Assembly (NCBI GenBank): GCA_951406725.2
Contig: OX597815.1
Coordinates: forward strand, 48,174,001 to 48,238,000
DNA length: 64,000 nucleotides
Direction: 5' to 3'
Source: Octopus vulgaris
Taxonomy: Eukaryota
Shown: one piece after another, positions 42,074 through 54,778 of the stretch
Layout of the letters: every line of letters begins with the position of its first letter
Numbering within the stretch: the first letter of the stretch is position 1
Notes under the pieces: model-generated
Databases searched by the model: none
Told to the model about the DNA's origin: nothing
The model's input: only the letters and a program-made list of their open reading frames with translations
Program-made: the position numbers and the translations under genes

Positions 42074-42174
42074 CTTCTCGCTCATGTTGTAGAGTTAACC
42101 TCATTTCAAGAAGTGAAGCTGTATCGTGGGAGTGCTTTACTTGCAGTCTGTCTAGCTCCTCCTGCATTTCCAAC
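42074..42174 (-). CDS. CNTLN: Centlein-like protein, internal exon (101 nt, phase 2/1)
   Basis: ttctag|G TTG GAA ATG...CGA GAA G|gtatta; LEMQEELDRLQVKHSHDTASLLEMRLTLQHERE. Phase matches the previous exon and the sequence resembles the centlein segment that follows the motif above (recalled as LEEELDELKVH). Confidence 0.85.
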
Positions 42175-42777
42175 CTAGAATGGCCCACAAAAGAAAAAAA
42201 AAGTGCAATTAATGTTACAAATGAGAAAAGAAACATTTTTAAAAACTATTTAGCCATAGGAAGAAGTGGAGGGGCTTTCAGAAAGGAAAAAAATTATCTT
42301 CAGACCAAACAGTCTCCATTTTAAGTCAACAAGGTAGAGAAGATTGGTAGGGGCACATAAATAGAATGACTATTAGGCAAAGAGAAAAATTAAGAGACAT
42401 ACAGACAGACAGCTATGTAGACAATCAGAACAGACAACTAGACAGGTGGGCAGACATAAGTGGACACAGAGACAAAAAAATAAAGTATACACCCCCAAAG
42501 ATATATTAAAAAAGTAAAGAATTTGTCAACTTGTCAAGAATAACATTAACAAATAAATTTACTTCATTTTTTTCTTTTTATTTAGCCCTAGGCAAAGCTA
42601 TAGGTTAATTTTGATTGCACAGACCTATGATTAAAAGACATTAATACCACAGATATCTTACCTATTTAGAAATAGTACATCTCCCACTATATAATTGAAT
42701 ATGACTTCTCATCTTTTAAATAATGATGTGGTATCATTTGGGAAAGATTCACCTACTGTTTCTTGCAGGCTGAGTAA

Positions 42778-43059
42778 CAGTGGTGTAGCTAGAGTGTGTG
42801 CCACCCAGGGCAGCCCTTCAGTTTCCTCCTATCCCACCCCCAGGCCCCTACGAAAATACATATTGCACAGTGACTATATCGATTGTTGCATTTATTGGTG
42901 ATTAGTGTCCATGTCCCGACATCAAAACCACTATAATTTCATTTTAATACAACTTATACAGGCTTATAGCCTACAGTAGACCCTCAAAGTGGTATCACCC
43001 TCGTAAAAGTGCTGCCCAAAGTGAACTGCCCCCTCCACACCCCTCTAGCTATGCTAGTT
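42778..43059. mobile_element. hAT-like MITE
   Basis: Ends cagtggtgtagctagag / ctctagctatgctagtt; 8-bp TSD ctgagtaa / ttgagtaa. Confidence 0.7.
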
Positions 43060-43274
43060 TTGAGTAACTATGTAGAGACTCAAGCATATGCCTTATTTCT
43101 TTGGTTTAGAAAACATAAAGCTACTAGCTGACCACGTGCCATCAATAATGACAGCTAATTTTAGTATTTTACATATAAATAGAGTACAAAATAAGGTACA
43201 TAATAATCACACATACAAACATTCACATACCTCCCTTGTACATGCACACACATACACACATATACTCACAAAGA

Positions 43275-43520
43275 TAATATAGTTCTATATTCAAGAAATG
43301 AGGAATTATATAGATTATTTACATTTGAAGGATATTTGTCCTCATCTTAATAATAATAATAATGATGATAATAACATCGAAAAATACCTTAGGAATGAGA
43401 ACCCAGGTTCGAAATTTCCCCAAGACACCTGAAGAAGGCTGGAGGGTATATCAGTCGAAACACTTTGTTAACAACAAACAAGATGAGGACAAATATGCAT
43501 CAAATGTAAATAATGTACTG
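43275..43520 (+). mobile_element. Penelope-like terminal remnant with inverted tail and decayed hammerhead core
   Basis: Inverted pair ttatttacatttgaaggatatttgtcctcatctt / aagatgaggacaaatatgcatcaaatgtaaataa, plus gacac-CTGAAGA-aggctg...cagtc-GAAAc. Confidence 0.55.
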
Positions 43521-44631
43521 ACACAAGAGTTGAAATGCTGATTTTTTTTCACCCCTTCCTTTCTCTCACTGCTATTACTTTATTACTTTCTCTCACTCCC
43601 TCTCAGTCAGGGCTATTACTCTCACTACTTCTCCTTCACTGAATTACTATTTTCTCTCCTCCTCTGCATCTGGCGTGATTCTGGACAAATATATATATAT
43701 ATATATATAACACAAAGTTAGGGGTTATGGGTGCAACCCACACACACACATATATATATATATATATACACACAACGTTCATTATTATATCAGATGTTCA
43801 TGTCTAGTTCTTTTAAGAGTAATTTACACATTCCTCTTTTGTTGGGTAATTATTCAGAGAGAAAATATGGAACAGCATGCAGGCTCTTCCAGACAGAGGA
43901 TGTCTATGTGGTCATGGTTCAATTCGAACATCTGCTAGGCTAATGCATAAGAAAATAAATAAATATGATTTATGTTTAGTTAGGAAGTTGGATTGAATTT
44001 TAGAGTTAACAACTCCTTTCTCAATGGTTCTTCATACATAACCATTATTATGTGTTTCTTGATGCTGGACCAAACAGATGAGATGACACAACACTGATGC
44101 AGATAGAAAAATGATATATGTTGTAGACTGGTAAAACATACATCTGCATGAAAAAACAAAACAAAAACAAACTAAAAAAACTCATGCTACAATGACAAAG
44201 AAATGATGATGATGATGATGACAACAGTGATGATAACAATGGTGATGGCAATTATCTTTGACTACCCTCCCACCTACTTTAGCTTTGAATTGAAACCAAC
44301 ATTACAAAAATATGTGCAATTTGCCCTCTGAAGATAGATGTCCATAGAAAAATATTGGATAAAATATAGTGATATAACTGACAGCTACAAAAATAAAGCA
44401 TAATTGTCGAAAATCCAAACTATTGATCTATCAACACACAATCAGATTGTTTAAATTGTCTGCTTTTGACTCTTGTGATAAACAAATATAATAACCTAAA
44501 TTATATATATATATATGTGTGAATGTGTGTGGGTGTGTGTATATATGCATACTCACGCACACACACATATATATATACATATCTATACATGTATATCTCT
44601 ATATATATATTCACATACATACACATTTATG

Positions 44632-44685
<54 letters not shown>

Positions 44686-44762
44686 ATTATGTATATTTAT
44701 ATATATATTATTTTATGTATATATAACAATATATATATATATACACACATGTATATATACAC

Positions 44763-44802
<40 letters not shown>

Positions 44803-44846
44803 GTATATATTGTTTTATGTATATATATATAACAATATATATACAT

Positions 44847-44895
<49 letters not shown>

Positions 44896-45599
44896 AAACA
44901 AAACATGAATAACAAACATAAAAGTTTTCTTTTTAAAGTTAACTTAGAAAATAATAATAATTGAAATAACAAAGTTAGTTTGTATTATAAAACTGCAAAG
45001 CTTTGACTTTTATAACAGCTGAAAATTAACGAGCACTGTCAAGAGACAAGTCTGTATGATTTTCAGATAATGAAACAAAGGAATTCGCTTTTGATTCTCT
45101 CTCTGTGTGAGCGTTTGCAGAATATAGATGTTTTCATAAACAGTGATCAACACACAAACATATTTCAGTGGAAATTGTCAAATTTTCAATTCATCTGTAA
45201 TTAACGTTTATAACAGCAACAACAGCATCAACAAGAACAACCTCCCTGGAGATGAATTTATTATACAGCTTGATTATATCTTACATCAACCCTCATTGTA
45301 TAGGTTTGACGCTTCTGTAACCTTGTATTCATTTGTGAGAATTGTTTGAGCAGATGGTTCTTTTCTTTTCTTTTTTCACAGCTTGTTGCACTTTACAAAA
45401 ACAAAAACAACAACAACATCTCTTTCTACTACGGGCACAAAGCCTGAAATTTTGGCAGGTTGGGGAGAGAGATAGTTGATTACATTGACCCCAGTGCTCA
45501 ACTGTTACTTATTTTATTGATCCTGAAAGGATGAAGGAAAAGTCAACCTCAGTGGAATTTGAACTCAGGATGTAAAGCTAGAAGAAACAGTGCTTATAC

Positions 45600-46480
45600 C
45601 ACTGATCACCTAACTTTGTACAAAAATTCCAAATATAGTCAATAAAAATTCTGGAAAGTCAATCAGAGATATTGCACAGGATCTCAAGGTTTCAGAATGC
45701 AGAATACAAATCCTAAGAAAAGCTGGGCAAGAGGACATCACGTACATATTGTATGTGATGCAGAGGTGTCAGTTCAAGTCAGATATAACAAGAGAGATTC
45801 ATCTGAACCATGCAAAGTGCTTGCTAAACAAGTGAAAACATTAAGAGGCTGAAATGCTTTTTCTCCAATAAAAAGAAAAATTGATGAGTACCAAGAGGTA
45901 AATGTAAGGAACAACAAATAGTTACACAGAGAAACAAATGAGGTTCCAATGGACATGCATATTAAGTTGACAACAACTGTAATAGTTCTGGGAGTTGTCA
46001 GTGATGAGGAAGATGTCATGCCTTCACACATTTTCTCAATGCTGCTGGCAGTACAGTGGGGTTGGAGAAAGTTGTGAGGCCCTGGGTGGACAAAATATGC
46101 AACAAAAGACTGTACATCATCCAACAAGACACTTTGCTGTTTGATTAGGCTAGGATAACCCAAGCATGGATGTATGCTAATCTACATAATTATGTTGTCC
46201 CAGTCACATTACTCCCTAGAGCACAAGACCTCAATCCATTAGACTATTATAATCAAGAGAGAGGTCAGTCAACACCACCATAATACCATACAATCTCCCA
46301 AATCCACTATAAGCAGCACTGTGTATAAAATTGATAAAGATCATCTGATTCAGGAATGTCAAAACTTTTGACTCTGTATTGAAGCAGCCTCTGATATTAA
46401 TAGTAAATTCACTGACTAGGTCTGATAATAGGATTCTCAAAATTATTTGTTATCAAACACAGTTTTTCTTTTATGAGCCA
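45600..46480 (+). mobile_element. Highly degenerate Tc1/mariner-superfamily (maT/DD37D-like) transposase
   Basis: Frame fragments SGKSIRDIAQDLKVSE, VLGVVSDEEDVMPSHIF and QDLNPLDY. Confidence 0.65.
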
Positions 46481-46520
46481 TGCATCGCTCGTACAAATGA
46501 CATCAAAAAACCGACACACC

Positions 46521-46607
<87 letters not shown>

Positions 46608-46608
<1 letters not shown>

Positions 46609-48385
46609 ATCATCATCATCATCATCATCGTTTAGCGTCCGCTTTCCATGCTAGCATGGGTTGGACGGTTCAACTGGGATCTGGGAAGCCAGAAGGCTGC
46701 ACCAGGCCCAGTCTGATCTGGCAATGTTTCTACGGCTGGATGTCCTTCCTAACACCAACCACTCTATGAGTGTAGTGGGTGCTTTTTACGTGCCACTGGC
46801 ACAGGTGTCAGACGAGTCTGGCAAACGGCCATGATCGGATGGTGCTTTTTATGTGTCACCGGCACGAGGCCAGTCGGGGTGGCGCTGGCAACGGCCACGT
46901 TCGGATGGTTCTCTCACGTGGCACTGGTATCTCAGCTGCAATTTCCATTGATTGATTTCGATTCTGATTCTCAGTTGCCTCAACAGGTCTTCACAAGTAG
47001 AGTTTTGTGTCCCAAGAAGGGAAGGTATGCATAAGTGGACTGGCTACATCGCGTGTAGAAGGCCACGGGTTATGGTCTCACTTGTCCTGCCGGGTCTTCT
47101 CACGCACAGCATACTTCCAGAGGTCTCGGTCTCTAGTCATTTCCTCAGTGAGACCTAAAGTTCGAAGGTTGTGCTTCATCACCTCGTCCCAGGTTTTCCT
47201 GGGTCTGCCTCTTCCACAGGTTCCCTAAACCGCTAGGGTGTGGCACTTTTTCACACAACTATCTTCATCCATTCTCGCCACATGACCATACCAGCGCAAA
47301 CGTCTCTCTTGCACACCACATCTGATGCTTCTTAGGTCCAGCTTTTCTCTCAAGGTACTTACACTGTTGAATATGAACACTGACATTACACATCCATCGG
47401 AGCATACTAGCTTCATTTCTTGCGAGCTTACGCATATCCTCAGCAGTCATGGCCCATGTTTCACTGCCATGTAGCATGGCTGTTCGTACACACGCGTCAT
47501 ACAGTCTGCCTTTTGCTCTGAGCGAGAGGCCTTTTGTCACCACCAGAGGTAAGAGCTCTCTGAACTTTGCCCAAGCTATTCTTACTGTAGCAGTTACACT
47601 TTCAGCACACCCACCCCCGCTACTGACTTGGTCACCTAGGTAACGGAAGCTATCAACTATTTCTAGTTTTTCCCCCTGGAAAGTGACAGAATTTGTTCTC
47701 TGCACATTTTCAGTGTTTATTCCTCCTGAGCATCTGCCACATACAAAAACTATCTTCCCAGTTAGCCTTCCTTTGATATTGCTGCAACTGTTATGTGTCC
47801 ATAGCTTACACTGGATACATCTTATATATAGAGTTTCTACCTATGCCTTTTCTACAGATCGAGCAGGGCCATCTACCTGAAGGGATTTGTGGTCTGTCTG
47901 CCTTCCTACTTATTAGGACTTTGGTTTTAGCTAGGTTGACTCTAAGGCCCTTCGATTCTAATCCTTGTTTCCACACCTGAAACTTCTCCTCTAGTTCTGA
48001 TAGTGACTCGCAATTAGAGCAAGGTTGTCAGCATAGAGGAGCTCCCAAGTGCATCCTGTCTTGAATTCCTCCATTATTGCCTGGAGGACTATGATAAATA
48101 GGAGGGGGCTGAGGACTGAGCCTTGGTGGACCCCTACCTCTACCCAGAATTCTTCACTGTACTCGTTGCCAATCCTCACCTTACTAGCAGCATCCCTGTA
48201 CATGGTTTGCACAGCTCTCACAAACCATTCACCTATCCCTAGTTTCCTCATTGACCACCAGATAAGGGATCGGGGGACCCTGTCGAAGGCTTTCTCCATG
48301 TCAACAAAAGCCAGGTACAGGGGCTTATCTTTGGCTAGGTATTTCTCCTGCAGCTGCCTTACCAGGAATATAGCATCAGTGGTAC
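46608..48385 (-). mobile_element. 5'-truncated RTE-clade LINE (RT domain to tail)
   Basis: DMEKAFDRV...GVHQGSVLSPLLF...LLYADNL...FRYLGD...LRWYGHV; contains frameshifts and ends in a (GAT)n tail. Confidence 0.95.
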
Positions 48386-48414
48386 TTATATATATATATA
48401 TATATATACATATA

Positions 48415-49298
48415 CGTGATATGATTAATAAGTATCCGGACTGTTACTAGAGCAATGAAGCTAAAACATGAAGAGTGAAGCCACTTGGCACAGGTTGACC
48501 ATGATGTCTACTGTGCATGAGCACTGAGTTTTAACGTTCTAGCTCACTTCCACTGTTTATAGTAGTGCTTGGAAGGAAGGTGTGTAGCATGTGATCCTCA
48601 CATTGACCATGACAGAGAAAGTTGAGCAAAGAATCTGCATCAAATTTTGGCAAAGGCTTGGCAATATCTGCTCAGAGGCCTATGCTAAGTTTTCAAAAAG
48701 TTTTCATTCTTCTTGACACAATCAAGGAGATCTTGTGCAACTGAAATCCAAGTGTCTTTTTAGTCAGCTGAAAACAGTTTTGGCACAAATTTGGCAGCTA
48801 CATGTCTTATAGCCAAATCTTCAGTGATAATGGACTGAACTGAACTGCAACTAATCTTCACATCCTCTAATAACTCACAGGTGGTGCACACACAGCTGCA
48901 TGCACACCTGCAATGTTTTTCTCAGTTCAGCAGGTTCCGAGTCTCCCAGAATGTTTGTCACTATCGACATTTTCTCAGCCATCTTGAAAACATCTAAACC
49001 GCTCATACACTTGTGTGCAGTTCATACACTCTTCTCCATACACTTTCCGCAACTTTGCGTAAACCCTTGAGAAGGTATTGCCATGACAACTTTCTCTGTC
49101 ACAGTCAATGTGTTGATCACACACTACATGCATTCCTTCCAAGCACTGCTGTAAACAGTGGCAGTGAGCTAGAATGTTTAGAACTCAATACTCATGCACA
49201 GCAGAGTCCAAGGTCAATGTGCGCCAAGTGGCTTCACTTTGTGTGCTTTAGTTTTTTTTACCATGGCAACAGTCCGAATACTCATTGATCAGACCCCA
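48415..49298. mobile_element. Mariner-derived palindromic element with inverted arms of about 210 bp
   Basis: TA flanks. 48415-48625 is the reverse complement of 49086-49298. The left arm runs into MTEKVEQRICIKFWQRLG, and an internal minus-strand transposase remnant is present. Confidence 0.85.
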
Positions 49299-51937
49299 TA
49301 TGTGAGTTTGTGTGTATGTGTATATATATATACACACACACACACACACGCACAAATTATTATATTTATTATGTATATACATTGTATATTATGTATAAAT
49401 TTCACACACACATATACATATGTATTACATATAATTTATATATAATATATATTGAGATGCTATCAATAAGGACGGTTAATTGTATTTTATATATAGATAA
49501 GGTGCATAATAATCACACATACAAACATTCACATACTACTTTTGTACATATACACACACACATACACTCACAGAGTTGAAACACTGATTTTTTTTCATCC
49601 CTTCCTTCCTTATTTGTTTATCATCTCCTTCCTTTCTCACACTGCTATTACTTTCTCTCACTCCCTCTCGGTCAGGGCTATTACTCTCACTACTTCTCCT
49701 TCACTGAATTACTATTTTCTCTCCTCTTCCGCGTCTGGTGTGATTCTAGACAAATATATAAAAACACTATGCTCATTAATTTATTAGGTGATTATAGTGT
49801 ATAATATTATATATATATACATGTGTGTGTGTGGGGAGGGGTGTCAGTATTATGAAAGTGCTTCATACCATAGACAAGAGACACTGTCTGAAACTAAGAA
49901 CATTCTTCTTTTTCTCTTTTATAACATAAGACTAATTCTACAACTTAGCAATTCCACTGTTTGTTTTACTCTTCAGATAGTTCTTTAAAACATCTTTAAT
50001 TGACACTACATCATGCACCAATGCCATATTCTTGCTTTTAACCTACCATAAAAACCCATGTAATTTATGCATTTTTTTTTTGGCAAAAATAAAAATAAAT
50101 TTTAAGGGTGCATAAACTACATGAGTAGATCGTTTCCAGAATATTTAAAAACCATTAAATGGTCAACTACTTTTGTAGTCTGACATCCATGCTGGTAATC
50201 ACAGTCTTTTACATATTTTACTCAGTTGAGTAAAGTGTCATCCAAGCTGATGCTTATAGGTAATTAAACTTAATTTGCAACACCTATGCATATTTATTAG
50301 CTTTGTCTTTGTTGATAATTCTTAACAACTTTTCCTGTGATCGTGATTTGAGAAGACATACAGCAGTATGCTAAAGATTGGACATAATCTCTTGTGGGCA
50401 AGAAATGTAAAATAAAGTTTATTATAAACAAAACACACACTGTGTAATTTAATAGCTTTTAATGTGATACCTGTTAAAGAGAAATTATTTTCATTTAATG
50501 AAAATTTAATAAAATCTAATCATAAGTTAAGTGAAATTATGCTAAATACACCTAAATTGAAAACCTTTTCCCCCTGACCATGTCAGCAATTCTGAAAACT
50601 TTTGGATGCAAATTTTACATGAGTAGAAGCTTTTTTTAACAATCTTTAACTTGAAAATCATTAGCGTAACTTACACAGGTGTGCAAGTTACTTGGGTTTT
50701 TATGGTATGTGTCTTTTCCCTAACACCAATGTTACAAATGGAAAGAAATATTCTAGAGAATAACTATCAATACACTACTGCTAAAGGTGGCGAGCTGGCA
50801 GAATCATTAGCACGCCAGGCAAAATGTTCTGCAGCATTTCCTCACTTTTTGCATTCAGAGTTCAAATTCCATCAAAGTCAACTTTGCTTTGCATCCTTTC
50901 AGACTCAATAAAATAAGTACCAGTTGAACACTGAGGTTGATATAATCAACTTGTCTCCTCTCTAAAAATTGCAGGCCTTGTGTCAAAATTTGAAACCAAT
51001 ATACAAGTACTACTTAGAGTCCCATCCTTGGGTGTATAAAAATCAAAGACCAGTAGCCATTACATTGGAACTTGAAACCAGTAAGTCATCAGCCCTGAGA
51101 AACTTTAAAACATCTACCACAGCATTCAGCTGTCCGGACCATCTTCAAGAATAATAAACCGTTGAACAAAAGCTTCAGTCACTCATTGACACATTCATCA
51201 CAGTTCATTTGTAAAAAAGTTGGCAGAGGTTATAGCTGGAAAACATTAAAAACATTTCCACAACTTTTGTCTTGTCTCTTCAAAAACTTATAACTATTTC
51301 TTCACACGGCCAGTGATGGTACAATGGAAAGTTACATTTCTTAACAACTTCATACAATCAAAAATGCACAAACACACACACACATTTATTTATTTATAGA
51401 TCAAGAGACAAAGCTTTTTAAAGAAAACTGAGAAAAAGCAGAAAGAAACTGGTTGCAATGCTGTCAGCTGTAGAAGAACACCTTAAAGAACTGTTCATGG
51501 CAATTCAAAAACAGTAGCCCTGTCTTTGGCAGAAATACACTGAAGATGTAAGCCAGTTTTTATCTATGAGATGTGCAACTTGGCATAATGAAATCATATC
51601 AAATAGAAATTGTCTACTGCAAAAATCTTTCTCAAGACTTGGAATGAAAGCAAGGAAGAACAGCATTGAAATGTCATAGAGAACCATAGTCAGTCATAAG
51701 AGCCTAAAGTCATGTGTTTTTGTGTTAATGTGAGTGTGTGTTTAAGGAAAGGGCATGGTTGGGTTGTGAGGTCAATATTAAAGACAGGGAAGGTGAATAA
51801 AAGTAAAAAAAAATATGACACGAGAAATGAAAGGTTACTATTATTATGAGATCAAACTATTGTTTAGAGTTGGTGAATAGACACTGAACAGGTCTGCAAG
51901 TTGTACACTTGGACAGCATTAGTAAACGAACATGCAT

Positions 51938-51996
<59 letters not shown>

Positions 51997-53174
51997 CAAC
52001 CTATGAAAACACAACAAACTATTAAAAGGCCAGCGTAGCAATGCCTGCCAGTTAAAAATTCTATTATCAGCTTTAGTTGCTCTACAGCATTATTGACAAT
52101 GCAAAAAAAAAAAAAAAATGAGGGAGGGAAAAAAAGGAAAACTACAAACAGAAAGTAAATGCAAAAATGGAAGTGCAACATATGTAAGAAATAATAACGA
52201 GAACATTTTGAATAAATATCAATTTCCTGATAACTACCTGTGGATCTGTGTTGTTGTTAGCTGCTCAGATCTTAGCAAAATCTATGAAGTCTTTTATATT
52301 TCAGCATTACGAGGACATTTAGTGTTAATTAGAAAACCATGTATATTGCATTTAGTCCTTGCCCCTAAATATCCAACAGGATTTTTTCTTTTACTTTTCT
52401 TTTTGCATTTTTTTTTTTGTCTTTTGCAAAATGCATCTGAGGGAAAATTGGTAAAGATACATAAATAGACTGACAGATAGATGAATAATAAAATCTATAC
52501 AGACTACAGACAGACAACTAGACGGGTGTGTAGACATAGATGGATAGACAGGTAGAGAAAAACAGAGACAGAAGACAAATGAATAAACAGATATTTTATT
52601 TGATTATTTACCAAACATTTGTGTGTGTGTGTGCGTGTGTGTATACCCACTTCAGTCATGTAACCACATGTGCTTTTCTTGGACTTCTTTCCTTCTCTCA
52701 GAACCTTTCCTTTCTTCTCTTTCTGACAAAGAGCTATGTTCTAGACATTATACATCCACTCTGTTTTCCATCTTATTCTGAGTGTCAACCTCATACATTC
52801 CATTTGTATGTCCTTTTGACCTTTGTTGTTTTGCTGTTTTCATTTTCAATTCTCAATCTATACACACACATACACACCCACTCACAAGCTAAGTAAAGGC
52901 ATGGTTGCCCTTGCATACAAGCTTGTTCACTGCAACCCTCTCCAGCTGAGCATCCCTAATGTGCCACATAAAAAGCATCCATACCGGTGCTGCGTAAAAG
53001 CACCCAGTACACTCTGTAAAGTTGTTGATGTTAGGAAGGGCATCCAGTTGTAGAAACCATGCTAAAACAGACATGGAACCTTAAGCTGGCCAGCTCCTAT
53101 CAAACTATCCAATGCATGCCAGCATGGAAAATGGATGTTAAATGATGATGACAAGGATGATGATAATAATAATG

Positions 53175-53206
<32 letters not shown>

Positions 53207-54562
53207 GATGATGGTGATGATGAAATTATTGTATACAGTGCTCAGGTGCACCACAACTTGTCAAAAGTGGGTATAAAGCATATGCAGTAATGTACAAATG
53301 TCTGGGAAGTGAACAGTGTATGAGTCAGATACATGCATGCGCGTGTATGGAGGGGAGAAAATCAGGTGTAGTGTTGGCGAATCTCAGGAAGCATGGAAGT
53401 TTTGAAATGCATGGCCACATGATTAAGAAGCTCACTTTGCAACTAAATATAGTTTTGAATTCAAATCCTATGCATGGCAACTTGGGTTAGTGTCTTTCTA
53501 CCATAACCCTGGATTGACCAATGCCTCGTGTGTGTGTGTGTGTATGTGTGTGTGTGAGTGTATTTATATTTAAATGTATATCTTTTACCTTTTACTTGTT
53601 TCAGTCATTAGACTGTGGCTATGCTGGGGCACCACCTTGAAGAATTTATAGTCGAATGAATTGAACCCAGTATTTATTTTTATAAACCTTATTCTATTGG
53701 TCTCTTTTGCCAAACTGTTAAGTTACAAGGATATAAACACACCAACACCGGTTGTCAAGAATTGGTAGGGGACAGACACAGACACACATGCTTGTAAGCA
53801 CATGGGAAAATATATACAATAGGCTTCTTTCAATTTATGCCTATCAAATCCACGCCTAAGGTTTTGGTTGGCCTGAAACGATAGCAAAAGATAGTTGCCC
53901 CAGGTGCTACGCAGTGGGGATGAACCCAAAACCATGTGGTTAGGAAACAAACTTCTTACCACACAACTATACCATTGCCTATATGAAGACAGACAGACAG
54001 AAGTATTTGCAATTCAGGAGTGGTAACTTACATGAAATAAAGACAAAAACATGAAAGATTGTGTATGGAAGGTGGATTGGGGATGGGGAAGCAACAATTT
54101 AATGTTAGACAATCAAAAAGGCAATATTTTTCATCAAAGCTGTCTTGCAGAACATTCATGCTTCAAGAAATTAAGAAATACTAAAAACATATGCAGCAAA
54201 GAGCAACTTAAAATAGCATGAAATATACAGTAAAATGTTGATAATGTTTGGAAAATATTAAATAAATTTCAAAAATAATTGTGTAAAGAAAAAAAGGAAA
54301 GTGGCTGTTCAAACTGAAAATTGAATTTTAAAAACAAATTCTTTGAAATAGTAGGATTAGTTCTGTTTATTGATCTTTGATTTGGTCACATCTACTATTG
54401 AATTTCCATTACACATATCGCAAAATAGTATCTAGTTTTAATAACGAGGATATAGTTGTTCTTCTGTGTATGTGTGTACATGTGTGTGTGCACATGTATG
54501 TACATTTCTCTGTCTAAGTGTAGTGTATGTTTCCGTGTGTGTGTGTGTGTGTGTGTGTGTTA

Positions 54563-54778
54563 TTAGGACTTGTCAGTGAACTGTTTCTTCCAGTCTGTAG
54601 CATTTGAGATGTTTGGAGGGGCTGGGCCACTAACAGTGAAGTTCTTGTCATTGTTCGTGGTTTGTCTTACCAAAGTCTCAAGTGACGCCTGTGAGGGTGC
54701 TTGGCTGCTCCAACGCCTTACCCTTGCCATCACCTTGGTAATGCTGTGAACATGTTGCCTTGCTTCAGTAGGTTCCAT
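54563..54778 (-). other. Orphan 71-codon ORF in unique sequence, function unknown
   Basis: ATG-initiated, non-repetitive, GC higher than its flanks, ends TAA TAA. No homology recognised. Confidence 0.3.

Noticed and set aside
2523-44972. Many long ORFs rich in Y/I/H/T/C/V/M (for example 2523-3074, 23665-24312, 37358-37903)
   Set aside because: These are translations of (TA)n, (CA)n and (TATG)n microsatellites that lack stop codons; they are not proteins.
51400-51517. Plus-strand helical-looking peptide RKLRKSRKKLVAMLSAVEEHLKELFMAIQKQ after an AG
   Set aside because: An in-frame TAA lies between the acceptor and this peptide, and no partner exons were found.
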